From contig JBLMZI010000012.1 in NCBI GenBank assembly GCA_050258755.1, positions 38,768-102,767 of the forward strand: 64,000 nt of DNA. The letters run 5' to 3'. A program made the translations under genes and the position numbers. This DNA is from Solirubrobacterales bacterium. GTDB taxonomy: Bacteria > Bacillota > Syntrophomonadia > Syntrophomonadales > DTU052. The notes under the pieces were generated by a model that saw nothing but the letters and a program-made list of their open reading frames with translations, did not search any database and was not told where the DNA came from. Below are positions 9,025-19,011 of this stretch, piece by piece (position 1 is the stretch's first letter; every line of letters begins with the position of its first letter).

Positions 9025-11160
9025 TCAGGAAAGGGGGCGATGGACGGGAAATTGGTCTTCGCGGGCTTCCACTTCCAGGATGTCGATGAAAACAGAGACA
9101 AGGTCGGGATCAAACTGTGTACCAGCACAGGAACGGAGTTCGGCGATGGCAGCCGTCCTCGGGAGGGGTTCCTGGTAAGGCCTGGGATGCGTCATAGCGT
9201 CAAAGGCGTCCACGACGGCCAGAATTCTGCATGCCAGCGGAATATCGACGCCGGCGATACCAGCAGGATACCCACTGCCATCCCAGCGTTCGTGGTGGGA
9301 TTCGATCCAATCCCCCAGATGGTTCAGTTCAGGAACGATGCCGGCAATCTGCCGCCCAAAGCTGCAGTGTTCCTGCATGGTTTGGCGTTCGCTTTCAGTG
9401 AAGGGCCCTTCTTTAAACAAAACCGAATCAGGGACCGCAATTGTGCCGATATCGTGGAACTCGGCGAGCAGCTTCAGGTTTTCCAGGCTTTCAATGCTCA
9501 AACCAAGCCGTGCGCCCATTTTCAGGGTGTAAGTGATCAAATTGCGGGCATGGCCTTCTTTAAAATGATCCCTGGTCGCCAAAGCAATCCGGATCAGCGT
9601 AATCAGGCGATTGCGGTTGCTTGAGGCGCTGTGGGCTTTCTCAATTTGCATCATGCGGTCGGCCTGCTTCACCACCTGCTGGATTGGAATCGTGCCGCTT
9701 TCGTTGCCGGCATAGCCGACTGAGGCTCCCAGAGGATGCTGATCCGGTGGCAGGCCCACATTTTGAGCGGCAATCTTCTGCTGAATCCGATCACACAGTT
9801 GCTTCAGAATGGCATGCTGGTCGGTTTCCAGGATCACCGCAAATTCGTCCCCGCCGATGCGGCAGAGAACGCCTGTATCATCCGTTATCTCAGTAAGGAT
9901 GCCAGCGAACCGTTGAATCAAGCGGTCGCCGTACTGGTGTCCCATCGTGTCATTGGCCAGTTTCAAGCCATTCATATCACAGATAATGATGCCGGCTGAA
10001 GTATTTTTCGCCCTGTCGATTTCCCGAAGGGTTTTTTCGTAATACAACCGGTTATGGAGACCGGTCAGCGCATCATGGTTGCTGAGGTAGTACAACTGAT
10101 AGTGGGCATACCGAAGCTGGTGAAACATGCGCCGGATATTGTCCGAAAGGGTTGAGATCTCGTCATTCCCGCCGTAGTCAAGCACGACCAGCGAGTCAAA
10201 ACTCTGGATCGACGCTATTTCATTGGACATAAACAGGAGCCGATTCAGAACGTTCGACCTGAGCAGCAGAAAGATGGTACCCGCCATTAACAGAATACCG
10301 AGCAAGAACGTGGCGGTCAGGAGGATAAATAGGCCGGTGGTTTGCTGGTACAGCGTTCGTTCCATGGTTATCGAAAGCGAATATACTGGAATACCGTCAA
10401 TGTCGATCAGGTTGATCTTACCCCGAATCATATGGGCGCCGGCCGGATTCACGAATGTGCTGAAGACCAGATTGACCTTTGGCTGAATGATGCTGAGACT
10501 CAGTCCGTCACGATTTCCGGCCGGCAGGCTAACCGGTTCTGAGATATCGATCATGTTTCCCATGGTGTCGGAGATTCGCTGTAATTCAGTCTGGTTGAGA
10601 TAGCGGCCGACCATCAGATTTCCGATCGGTATTGAATTGCGGTCAGAAGTAGTCACCGGATACGATACGATCAACATTGGCCCGTTCGGGGTTCTAACCA
10701 GGCCTTTTACCGGCAGGCCGATCCCGCGATTCCGGATCAGCCGCTCCCGCTTATAAAGCAGGGCGGTTGTGAACACGCCATCTTTCACTTCGCAGTGGTT
10801 TTCGTAATCGTAGTATTTTTGATAGCGTGGCATGCCTGAAGAATCGGTGATCACAATAACATTGAAATGCTGGATTTCAAAGAAATCGTCGGACATATTG
10901 TCATCGATGTAGCGGGGGTTTTTGTTTTGAAGGAAGTAGTAGGTATCGTTCCATTCGGCCCAATCGGCGGCAAAGCGTTCCATACCGGTGAGGTTTAATC
11001 GAATGTCATTGGCTCCCCAAAGCACGCGTGAGTGCAAGGATTCCTGTTCAAAACTCAGCAGTTTGGGATTCAGCACGAAATAAAGAATGACCATGATCGC
11101 AGAAAATGCGACCAGGATCCCGAGCAGCTGTATCAACACAACTTTCCTGGTAATACTCAT
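9025..11160 (-). CDS. Membrane sensor with CHASE4-like, GGDEF and HD-GYP domains (hybrid c-di-GMP cyclase/phosphodiesterase)
   Basis: 711 aa. N-terminal TM then WAEWNDTYYF (CHASE4-like), a second TM, an intact RIGGDEFAV, then HDIGT and HHERWDGSGYP. Confidence 0.9.
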   Translation of the reverse strand: MSITRKVVLIQLLGILVAFSAIMVILYFVLNPKLLSFEQESLHSRVLWGANDIRLNLTGMERFAADWAEWNDTYYFLQNKNPRYIDDNMSDDFFEIQHFNVIVITDSSGMPRYQKYYDYENHCEVKDGVFTTALLYKRERLIRNRGIGLPVKGLVRTPNGPMLIVSYPVTTSDRNSIPIGNLMVGRYLNQTELQRISDTMGNMIDISEPVSLPAGNRDGLSLSIIQPKVNLVFSTFVNPAGAHMIRGKINLIDIDGIPVYSLSITMERTLYQQTTGLFILLTATFLLGILLMAGTIFLLLRSNVLNRLLFMSNEIASIQSFDSLVVLDYGGNDEISTLSDNIRRMFHQLRYAHYQLYYLSNHDALTGLHNRLYYEKTLREIDRAKNTSAGIIICDMNGLKLANDTMGHQYGDRLIQRFAGILTEITDDTGVLCRIGGDEFAVILETDQHAILKQLCDRIQQKIAAQNVGLPPDQHPLGASVGYAGNESGTIPIQQVVKQADRMMQIEKAHSASSNRNRLITLIRIALATRDHFKEGHARNLITYTLKMGARLGLSIESLENLKLLAEFHDIGTIAVPDSVLFKEGPFTESERQTMQEHCSFGRQIAGIVPELNHLGDWIESHHERWDGSGYPAGIAGVDIPLACRILAVVDAFDAMTHPRPYQEPLPRTAAIAELRSCAGTQFDPDLVSVFIDILEVEAREDQFPVHRPLS

Positions 11161-11323
11161 CGACAGCTCCGGCCGTAAAGCGGCTTGATCGTGGCATTGC
11201 GGGCAAATGGCATCAACGGAGAAATCCAGGGCGGATGTGAATGCGTCTCGTTCTATATTGATTCGATTTCGACAGAAAAGATTTGAATCCCTCCTTCAGG
11301 CTTGCGATTTCGCGTTTGGGACG

Positions 11324-11355
11324 CAAAAAAGCCACCCCGGAAGGGGTGGCTTTTT
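11324..11355. terminator. Intrinsic terminator, strongest for the minus-strand gene ending at 11381
   Basis: AGCCACCCC-GGAA-GGGGTGGCT hairpin flanked by A6 and T4 runs. Confidence 0.8.
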
Positions 11356-11380
11356 ACAAGCCGGTTTCATGCCTTACAAT

Positions 11381-11740
11381 TCAGTCAAGTCCTTGTGAGA
11401 CCAGGCGTTCTTCCATCTGGGCGGTCAGATTGTCGGTAAGATATTCGATGATTTCCACCATCCGTTTGTAAGCCAGGCCATCCACAAGATCAGAGAATTT
11501 CCCGCGTTTCACAATCCGACGGCGGTCGCATTCCGCAATATACGCATGTTTGTGGCGGAATATGATATTCATACCGAGTTCATCGAGCTGCGGCGCCACA
11601 TTCATGATCTGGTCCCCTTTGTCCAGCAGCACATAAGCGCCGGTCTTATCAATAAACACTGTGGAAACGATTTTATTGGTCAACAGAGTTTCACGATAGG
11701 AAACGAGCCCATCTGAACCGCGTACAAATGTCCATTTCAC
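11381..11740 (-). CDS. Hypothetical 119-aa cytoplasmic protein
   Basis: GTG start with SD AGGTGGTG 7 nt upstream and a terminator downstream. I recognise no family. Confidence 0.6.
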   Translation of the reverse strand: MKWTFVRGSDGLVSYRETLLTNKIVSTVFIDKTGAYVLLDKGDQIMNVAPQLDELGMNIIFRHKHAYIAECDRRRIVKRGKFSDLVDGLAYKRMVEIIEYLTDNLTAQMEERLVSQGLD

Positions 11741-12039
11741 GAGCTTACACCACCTGTAATTATTCCTAAAATCGATTCGGTATTCAATAACGAGTGACCG
11801 AAGCTTTGCCGTTTTATCAGAGACAGCGGCATATTCTTGAACGCCGTACCGGAATCTCCCAAAAACATGGTGCTGTTATTATACCATGTTCGGTTCATTC
11901 ATCTCCATGTCTATTAAAAATTCCGAACATTCGGGCGTCGAACGAAGGAATCATCGCCGTTCGTGAAGAAATAAGGGTCAAGCAAGCGGATTGCGCGCCG
12001 GCCTCGGTTAGCCGGCTGAACATGCCCAGGAGGGATTTC

Positions 12040-14697
12040 ATGTCCGCAGACAACCAGGTGAAACAACTGGCCCGGGATTTCGTAATCAGTGGGACGCTGT
12101 ACTGTGGCAGCGTCTGTCTGCCGTTTGCGCTGATTTTCTGTTACCTGGCCGGGATCGTGGACTGGATGAACGTTGTCCTGACGACGTTGGCCTATGTTTC
12201 CGGGGGACTGCTCATTCCACTGTTGACCGGCATGGAAAACGTCCGTCGTTTTATTCGCCCGATTGCGATTATGATTCGTTTTGTCGAAGATATTACGCAC
12301 GGCAATCTGACCGCAGGCTTACAGGGCTTCCAGTTCGGCGTTTTGGAGATGATGAAAGCGTCTTTTGAGGACATGAAGGTTGGCGTTCGCCAATTGATCG
12401 GCACCCTGCTGCACAACATCGGCGTGATCCACCAGGCTATGCAGACCTTCGAACAAGAAACCATCATGGCGGGCCGGGCGCACGAGGAAACGGCCGCTTC
12501 AATCCTGCAGGTCGCGGAAGGCACATCTGCGGAAGTGGGTGCGATTGACGAAATCCTGGTGCGCATTCAGCGGATGCTGGAACATACCTCGGCGCTGGAA
12601 TTGGACAGCCAGGATGTCGCCACAACCCTGAATGAGCTTCGGGTACAGCATCAATCCGGGCGGAACGCGGTGGAAACCCAGCGGATGCAGATGCGCGCCA
12701 ACCAGGGCGTCATTGATCAAATGGCCGAAGATATTGAATATCTTCACCAAACCTCTGAACTGATCGAAAAAGTTATGGATACGATCAGCCAGATTGCGGC
12801 CCACACTAATCTTCTGGCGTTGAATTCCAGTATTGAAGCGTCAAAGGCCGGTTTACAGGGAACCGGGTTTCGGGATGTCGCCATGGAACTGCGGTCGTTG
12901 GCCCATAAAACGGCGACCACAGTACGCCAGACTGGACGGATCATCCGATCGATCCAGGGCCGTATCCGGCATGTTGCCCAGGAAACCGAAACGGCCCGCG
13001 AGGCTGTGGTTGCGCAGGAAACGGCCAACCGGGAAATCCGGCGGGTCATTGTTCGGGTCGGGGAGCAGTTTACTCGGATGAGTGCGCAGATGGATACGGT
13101 TATTTTGGGCGTCAGCAGGATTCGCTCCTCGATTAGCCAGATGAGCGACTCGGTCTCGGCCCTGGACGGTGTTACCCGCCGGACGGCGGCAGGCGCTCAG
13201 AAAGTGGCGCAGGCGACAGCCCAGCAGAGAGCCCTGACTGATGGCATGAATGATGTCGCCAGAGAACTGAACCGGAACGTGGTGAGGCTTGAGCGGCATG
13301 CCGCACTGTTTAAACTCCCGCCGGACTGGAGCGAATCGGTTCCGGCGAAAGAGGAGACCGTCGATCTGCACTACCTGCGCAATATCGCCTGGAATTACAC
13401 CCGTACCACGCTGATGATGGCCATTCCTGCCGCCGTGATTTTATTTGGCCCCTTCGTGTATCTGGCCTCCGGTATTCCCGGGACGAAAGGGCTTTTTACC
13501 GCGATACTTGGGGCCGCTTCGGCTGCTGTGCTGATCGGTGGGACTTCCACGGTTCGAAACAGTGTTATTTTTATCTATCCCGCCGGCATCCTGGTCCGGC
13601 ACGCAAAATATGTGGCCAGCGGTGACCTGAGGCACCGGATCGGACAGGATGTCAATATGGGCAATCTGGCGATTGTCGGCACTTATTTTAATGCCATGCT
13701 GGACGAGCTATCCCAGGTTGTCAGGGAGATTGAAAAAAGCGCGGCTCAGGTCAATGTCAGCGCCGTCCGGGCGATGGACATCGCCGGGGAAAGAATCCGG
13801 CTCAATTACGAAATGGCGGCTAATGTCCGAATGGTCACTGAGGCTTCGGTCGGTCAACTGAATGACATGCGCGCAACGCTGGGGCTGGCCGGGCAGACGG
13901 TTTCGGCGGTTGACGAAATCACGGCAACAATCCGTGAGGTTGACAGTTATGCCCAGGAAACCGAACGAATCGTCGTGGAAGGCCTGGAAGCCTTTGCATA
14001 CCAACAGGCAAAGGTCAACGAAAACCGGGAGATCATGCGCAGCATCAGCCGCACCATTAATGAAATGGAAGAGAGCGCGGTCTATATCGAAAAGGTGCTG
14101 GAAACGATAACCGACATCGCGGAGCAGACCAATGTGCTTGCCATGAACGCGGCGCTGGAGGCAACCCGGGCTGAACGGGAAGGACTTGGGTTTGCCGTGG
14201 TGGCGGGCGAAATTAAAAAACTCTCGGAACAGACCGCCGCGGCGGTGCTTGGTATTCTTGATTTGATCGCCGACGTGCAGGCCCGGTCACAGGCGGTGGT
14301 CGCAAATATGGAATCAGCCGGCGTGATCCTGGAAAGCCAGACGTTGGCCGCGCTCCAGGCGCGGGAAGGTTTGGAGCAAATGAGTGAAGTGGTGGGCCCG
14401 ATCCATGCCCGGACCCGGCAGATTTCAGAGATCACCAGGGCCATTTCGGCAGCGTCCGAATCCATTTTTGGCGACCTTGCCTCGATTTCCGCGGCATGTG
14501 AAGAGAACACGGTGGTTGCCGAACGATTGCTCGAAACCGCCGATGGTCAGCGGGAAGCCGGCCGCAAGCAGTTTGTCATGATCCAGGAGTTTGCCCAGCT
14601 GGCTTCCGAAATGCACAATCAAGCACGGCGGTTTGAACTGCTGCCCGAAACGCAAAAGATGATCACGATTTTTCCGGCACCGCAAACCGAATCGTAA
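12040..14697 (+). CDS. Methyl-accepting chemotaxis protein made of two complete TM-hairpin/HAMP/MA-signalling modules in tandem
   Basis: The track ORF begins at 11794, but SD AGGAGGG sits 6 nt before the ATG at 12040. There are two signalling tips: LLALNSSIEASKAGLQGTGFRDVAMELRSLAHKT and NVLAMNAALEATRAEREGLGFAVVAGEIKKLSEQT. Each is preceded by two TM helices and a HAMP-like segment. Confidence 0.85.
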   Translation: MSADNQVKQLARDFVISGTLYCGSVCLPFALIFCYLAGIVDWMNVVLTTLAYVSGGLLIPLLTGMENVRRFIRPIAIMIRFVEDITHGNLTAGLQGFQFGVLEMMKASFEDMKVGVRQLIGTLLHNIGVIHQAMQTFEQETIMAGRAHEETAASILQVAEGTSAEVGAIDEILVRIQRMLEHTSALELDSQDVATTLNELRVQHQSGRNAVETQRMQMRANQGVIDQMAEDIEYLHQTSELIEKVMDTISQIAAHTNLLALNSSIEASKAGLQGTGFRDVAMELRSLAHKTATTVRQTGRIIRSIQGRIRHVAQETETAREAVVAQETANREIRRVIVRVGEQFTRMSAQMDTVILGVSRIRSSISQMSDSVSALDGVTRRTAAGAQKVAQATAQQRALTDGMNDVARELNRNVVRLERHAALFKLPPDWSESVPAKEETVDLHYLRNIAWNYTRTTLMMAIPAAVILFGPFVYLASGIPGTKGLFTAILGAASAAVLIGGTSTVRNSVIFIYPAGILVRHAKYVASGDLRHRIGQDVNMGNLAIVGTYFNAMLDELSQVVREIEKSAAQVNVSAVRAMDIAGERIRLNYEMAANVRMVTEASVGQLNDMRATLGLAGQTVSAVDEITATIREVDSYAQETERIVVEGLEAFAYQQAKVNENREIMRSISRTINEMEESAVYIEKVLETITDIAEQTNVLAMNAALEATRAEREGLGFAVVAGEIKKLSEQTAAAVLGILDLIADVQARSQAVVANMESAGVILESQTLAALQAREGLEQMSEVVGPIHARTRQISEITRAISAASESIFGDLASISAACEENTVVAERLLETADGQREAGRKQFVMIQEFAQLASEMHNQARRFELLPETQKMITIFPAPQTES

Positions 14698-15838
14698 TGA
14701 CCACGATTTCGGGCCGATTCCCGGTCCGAATCGGCGGCCCCCAGGTGCCGTATCCGCACGAAACAATGGCGTGAAACGCCCCATTCCGATACATCCCCCA
14801 GTCCTGTTCAAAGATCCGCTGAGTCATGAAACCATTGGGAAACAACTGCCCCCGATGCGTATGCCCGGACAACTGGAGATCCACTCCGGCCGCTGCCGCT
14901 TCGGCGAAACGGGCGGGTTTATGGTCCATAATCAGGATTGGCTGAGAGCAATCCACGTTCTTTAAAATCTCGTTCAGTGGGACCCGGTTCGGCTTGCCGG
15001 TCATCTGCTCGCGGGTGGAATCATCCCGCCCGGCGACCACGATCCCGCCGGCGATTGTCACCGCCTGATCGCGCAGTAGGGTGACGCCGGCTTCGGCAAG
15101 ATAATGCTGGATCGCGTCAATGTGGCCGCTGTAATATTCGTGGTTGCCCAGGCTGGCAAAGCTTCCGTACCGGCTTTTAATCCGCTGAAAATTATCGGCC
15201 ATATTTTGTTCAACAAACGGTTTCACACTCTCGTCGATCAGGTCACCGGGGAACAGGACCAGATCCGGGTGTTCTTCATTGATCATGTTCACCAGCCGGG
15301 TCAGCATGCCATTATGAACGATCAGCCCCAGATGGATGTCGGAGACCATAACGACCCGCATCGACTGCATCGAGCCGGCCGGCTTGGCCACCGTGACCTC
15401 ATAGCGGGTAACAATCGGATGACGGGCATTCCAAAGGCCGTACAACACGGTGCCGCCAACCAGCACCATGACTGCCACCGTGATCCATTCCGGCCGGGTG
15501 AGTGCCGCCGGCAGAACGTTTCCAGCCAGCCGGTTGATCAATCGGGCCAGGTCCAGGAAAAGCAGTACGAAAAGCAAATAGAAAAAGACGGCAAACCAGT
15601 AAGAGCCGATCACGGATAGTGTCTGGTTCAGCCAATCCGGAAACCAGGCTGATCCGAACCGTCCCACTAGGTAGGATACGGAAAGCAGCCAGAAAGTGAC
15701 CCAGTAGCCCAGCCGGACCTGACCGAGCCCTGGATACAGCCGTGATAAGCCCTGATAAGCGCGCAGCCCGACATAGTAATTTAGCAGCAGGAAAAGCGCC
15801 AGGACGGATAGTAATAGGAAAAGATTGATCCATTTCAT
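14663..15838 (-). CDS. Membrane-anchored metallophosphoesterase (YkuE/calcineurin-like)
   Basis: Motifs MVSDIHLG, GDLID, GNHEY and GHTHRGQ, with N-terminal TM helices. The ATG at 15838 is preferred over the track TTG at 15850. Confidence 0.85.
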   Translation of the reverse strand: MKWINLFLLLSVLALFLLLNYYVGLRAYQGLSRLYPGLGQVRLGYWVTFWLLSVSYLVGRFGSAWFPDWLNQTLSVIGSYWFAVFFYLLFVLLFLDLARLINRLAGNVLPAALTRPEWITVAVMVLVGGTVLYGLWNARHPIVTRYEVTVAKPAGSMQSMRVVMVSDIHLGLIVHNGMLTRLVNMINEEHPDLVLFPGDLIDESVKPFVEQNMADNFQRIKSRYGSFASLGNHEYYSGHIDAIQHYLAEAGVTLLRDQAVTIAGGIVVAGRDDSTREQMTGKPNRVPLNEILKNVDCSQPILIMDHKPARFAEAAAAGVDLQLSGHTHRGQLFPNGFMTQRIFEQDWGMYRNGAFHAIVSCGYGTWGPPIRTGNRPEIVVITIRFAVPEKS

Positions 15839-16078
15839 GGTTTTTCTCAACCTCGCAGTAGACTCATTTCAAGTTTGTATTCAGTGACACACCGCTATTA
15901 TGCCCTTTCTAGCCTTGAGCCGCAAGGGACCGGACTATCCCGGGGTGCCTGGCCGGGGAGCCATAGGATTTGTGGGCGGAAAGGCGGTCGGGTATAATCA
16001 ACTCACCGGACAACAAGCGCAAAAGCGAGCGTGAATGCCGGGGTTGAACAGGATTGACCGGGTCAAGGAGAACAGCGG

Positions 16079-17992
16079 ATGAAATCAAGCCAAAACATGT
16101 TTTTACCAATAAATCGAAAAGATCTTGCTGCGCGGGGCTGGGATCAAGCAGACATCATTCTGGTTTCCGGGGATGCCTATGTCGATCACCCGTCGTTTGG
16201 CGCCGCTATTTTGGGCCGTTTTCTGGAAAGCAAAGGGTTCCGGGTGGGGATTATTGCCCAGCCGGACTGGCGCGGAACCCAGGATTTTATGGCCCTTGGG
16301 CAGCCCAAACTTTTTTTCGGGGTGACCGCCGGCAACCTGGACAGCATGCTGAACCATTATACCGCGGATAAAAAGCGGCGCCGCGAGGATGCTTATTCAC
16401 CGGGCGGCAGTTCCGGCTGCCGGCCGGATCGGGCCGCGATCGTGTACACCAACCGAATCCGGGAATGTTTCCCTGGTGTACCGGTGGTGCTTGGCGGCAT
16501 TGAAGCCAGTATGCGCCGATTAGCCCATTACGATTACTGGAGCGACAGCGTTCGGCGCTCGGTTTTGCTTGACGCCAAAGCCGATCTGCTGGTTTACGGC
16601 ATGGGGGAATACGTGCTGGCGGAGATCGCCGACATTCTGGCGTCCGGAAAGCCGTTGTCGGCCGCGCATGGCCTGCGCGGCACCGTTTACGCCGCGGCCC
16701 AGCTTCCCGAGGAGGAAGAGGCCGTTGTCCTGCCAGCTTATGATCAGGTCCGGGATGATCCGGCCGCTTTTACCGAGAGCTATCGCTTGATTTACCGGGA
16801 AAGCAACCCATACTCGGCTCGGCCGCTGGCACAGGCCGCGGGGAGCCGGTGGGTGATCCAGAACCCGCCGGCGTTTCCGCTGGCACCGGAACAGCTTGAC
16901 GCGGTATACGAGCTTCCTTACCTTCGAAAAGCGCACCCGAGTTACCCGGAGGGCGTGCCGGCCCTGCGGACAGTGCTCAACTCCGTGACTTCGCACCGAG
17001 GCTGCTTCGGCGGCTGCACGTTCTGCACCCTGGCCTTGCACCAGGGACGGTTTATTCAGACCCGCACTGTGAACAGCATCGTCCGGGAAGTTGAAACCAT
17101 CGCCCGGCAGACGGGCTTTGACGGCACCATTACCGATATCGGCGGGCCAACCGCAAACATGTTCGGAATGAAGGGGAAAAAAATCGAGCGCTGCCAGCAG
17201 TGCCGCCGGACCAGCTGCTTGTCACCCGATGTCTGCAATAACCTGAATGTGTCACATACCCATTCGGTAAAACTGCTGCGGGCAGCGCGCCAGGTGCCGG
17301 GCGTCAAGCATGTCTTTATTCAATCCGGGCTGCGGCATGATCTGATGATGGCCGATTCAAAAGACGAATACCTGGAGGAACTGTGCCGGCACCATGTCAG
17401 CGGGCAGATGAAGCTCGCGGTGGAGCACGTATCGCCCGGTGTGACCCGGGTCATGGGAAAACCGGGCCCGGAGACTTTTCTGGCTTTTGCCGGGCGGTTC
17501 GACCGGATCAATCAGAAGCTAAAAAAACAGCAGTATATCGTTTCGTATTTCATGTCCGCACATCCGGGCTGCGGGGTGCGGGAGACGATTGAGCTGGCCG
17601 AGTTTATCCGCGATCATCTCGGCTATAGTCCGGAACAGGTGCAAAACTTTACACCAACCCCCATGTCACTGGCGACCTGTATATACCACACCGGTATTCA
17701 TCCACTGACCGGCGAGAAAATATATGTGCCGAGATCGGCCAAAGAACGATCCCTACAGCGGGCGGTGATTCAGCACCGGAATCCGGATAACCGGGAGTTG
17801 GTGCTGGAAGCTTTAAGCGCATACGGACGGCGCGACTTGATCGGCCACCACCCCAAATGCCTGATTCGCCCGAGCGAAGAGCGTTCCGGAACCCGGTCCG
17901 GACCGGGCGGCGGGGATCGGCGGAAAACAAGGGGAACGAATCCTGGGCCAAAAGGGAATACAAAGCCGGGCGGAAAGGGAAAATCAAAATAG
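16079..17992 (+). CDS. ygiQ: YgiQ-family (UPF0313) radical SAM protein
   Basis: N-terminus [56 protein letters not shown] is the YgiQ signature. Also a CFGGCTFC cluster motif, a basic Gly/Lys-rich tail and SD AAGGAG upstream. Confidence 0.9.
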   Translation: MKSSQNMFLPINRKDLAARGWDQADIILVSGDAYVDHPSFGAAILGRFLESKGFRVGIIAQPDWRGTQDFMALGQPKLFFGVTAGNLDSMLNHYTADKKRRREDAYSPGGSSGCRPDRAAIVYTNRIRECFPGVPVVLGGIEASMRRLAHYDYWSDSVRRSVLLDAKADLLVYGMGEYVLAEIADILASGKPLSAAHGLRGTVYAAAQLPEEEEAVVLPAYDQVRDDPAAFTESYRLIYRESNPYSARPLAQAAGSRWVIQNPPAFPLAPEQLDAVYELPYLRKAHPSYPEGVPALRTVLNSVTSHRGCFGGCTFCTLALHQGRFIQTRTVNSIVREVETIARQTGFDGTITDIGGPTANMFGMKGKKIERCQQCRRTSCLSPDVCNNLNVSHTHSVKLLRAARQVPGVKHVFIQSGLRHDLMMADSKDEYLEELCRHHVSGQMKLAVEHVSPGVTRVMGKPGPETFLAFAGRFDRINQKLKKQQYIVSYFMSAHPGCGVRETIELAEFIRDHLGYSPEQVQNFTPTPMSLATCIYHTGIHPLTGEKIYVPRSAKERSLQRAVIQHRNPDNRELVLEALSAYGRRDLIGHHPKCLIRPSEERSGTRSGPGGGDRRKTRGTNPGPKGNTKPGGKGKSK

Positions 17993-18108
17993 CTCTTCCA
18001 ACCTGGCTGATCGATTGGGTTTCCAGGGTTTTGCCTTGACAGCTTCCTTTATAGCCTGATAATATTTTACTTTGGACGGCCGGTTTCGGCTGAACCCTCG
18101 AATGTCGG

Positions 18109-18137
18109 TTGAACTGCGGTATTTCGTAGTGTATAAT
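18109..18137 (+). promoter_or_regulatory. SigA-type promoter for the tRNA cluster
   Basis: TTGAAC, a 17-nt spacer, then TATAAT, ending about 17 nt before the first tRNA. Confidence 0.6.
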
Positions 18138-18153
18138 ATTGAAGCGGTTAGAT

Positions 18154-18227
18154 GCGGGTGTAGCTCAATGGCAGAGCTCCAGCCTTCCAAGCTGATTGCG
18201 TGGGTTCGATTCCCATCACCCGCTCCA
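18154..18227 (+). tRNA. tRNA-Gly (anticodon TCC), CCA encoded
   Basis: Hand-folded cloverleaf. Acceptor GCGGGTG/CACCCGC, anticodon loop CTTCCAA, T-loop GGTTCGATTCC. Confidence 0.85.
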
Positions 18228-18232
18228 ATATT

Positions 18233-18309
18233 GTCCCTGTAGCTCAGCCGGACAGAGCAACGGCCTTCTAAGCCGTGGGTCGGGGGTTCGAATCCCTCCG
18301 GGGACGCCA
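18233..18309 (+). tRNA. tRNA-Arg (anticodon TCT), CCA encoded
   Basis: Acceptor GTCCCTG/CGGGGAC, anticodon stem ACGGC/GCCGT with loop CTTCTAA, T-loop GGTTCGAATCC. Confidence 0.9.
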
Positions 18310-18313
18310 ATAT

Positions 18314-18391
18314 GGTGGGCGTAGCTCAGTTGGATAGAGCACCAGATTGTGGCTCTGGGGGTCGTGGGTTCAAGCCCCATCGCTCACCCCA
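18314..18391 (+). tRNA. tRNA-His (anticodon GTG) with encoded G-1 and CCA
   Basis: Extra 5' G, anticodon stem CCAGA/TCTGG with loop TTGTGGC, T-loop GGTTCAAGCCC. Confidence 0.9.
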
Positions 18392-18451
18392 AATTCAAAT
18401 TGACATGAGGTTTTGCCTCGTTATATGATATTTAGCGTTGGGAAATCGCGC

Positions 18452-18526
18452 GGGGGTGTAGCCAAACGGCAAGGCAACGGACTCTGACTCCGTCATCTGT
18501 TGGTTCGAATCCAGCCACCCCTGCCA
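18452..18526 (+). tRNA. tRNA-Gln (anticodon CTG), CCA encoded
   Basis: Anticodon stem ACGGA/TCCGT with loop CTCTGAC, T-loop GGTTCGAATCC, acceptor GGGGGTG/CACCCCT. Confidence 0.85.
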
Positions 18527-18561
18527 AATTATTGAGGGTTCGGACGACATTCATAACGCGG

Positions 18562-18636
18562 TGGGGTGTCGCCAAGCGGTAAGGCACCAGACTTTGACTC
18601 TGGCATGCGTTGGTTCGAATCCAGCCACCCCAGCCA
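18562..18636 (+). tRNA. tRNA-Gln (anticodon TTG), CCA encoded
   Basis: Acceptor TGGGGTG/CACCCCA, anticodon stem CCAGA/TCTGG with loop CTTTGAC. Confidence 0.9.
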
Positions 18637-18657
18637 TCTTTGGAAACAGAATTGTGT

Positions 18658-18733
18658 GGGCCATTAGCTCAGCCGGTAGAGCACCTGACTTTTAATCAGG
18701 GTGTCGTTGGTTCGAGTCCAACATGGCTCACCA
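18658..18733 (+). tRNA. tRNA-Lys (anticodon TTT), CCA encoded
   Basis: Acceptor GGGCCAT/ATGGCTC, anticodon stem CCTGA/TCAGG with loop CTTTTAA, T-loop GGTTCGAGTCC. Confidence 0.9.
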
Positions 18734-18742
18734 GTCATTCAT

Positions 18743-18779
18743 AAAAAAGGACCGTCATTGCTTGACGGTCCTTTTTTTA
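18743..18779 (+). terminator. Intrinsic terminator of the tRNA cluster
   Basis: AAGGACCGTCA-TTGCT-TGACGGTCCTT hairpin followed by a T7 run. Confidence 0.85.
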
Positions 18780-19011
18780 TGCTCTTCCGGCGCTGTGTTT
18801 GCACCGGGTATTTCACAGAACCTTGCCGATCTGAACGGATCGGTTATTTTTATGTCCGGAATTTTCGAAAGAGGAAGGAAAATGGCGGAAAAGAGGGAAT
18901 CAAATATACACCAATATATGCATGATCTTGAATCGCTTCAACCATAACGACTGCATGTTTTGAACCAGCGGGGCGGCTTTGAGCGCAATAATGATCTTTT
19001 GGAGGGAACAG

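Noticed and set aside
11794-12039. 82-codon N-terminal extension of the MCP in the ORF track (GTG 11794)
   Set aside because: It would leave only 53 nt for the divergent promoter region and has no SD. AGGAGGG sits at ideal spacing before the ATG at 12040, and the TM region starts soon after.
14663-14697. 35-nt convergent overlap of the MCP and metallophosphoesterase 3' ends
   Set aside because: This is real in the sequence but is a common consequence of compact convergent genes. There is no additional structure to suggest function.
17984-18310. 108-aa minus-strand ORF
   Set aside because: It lies antisense across tRNA-Gly and tRNA-Arg and the ygiQ 3' end. It has no SD, and its sequence is dictated by the tRNA genes.
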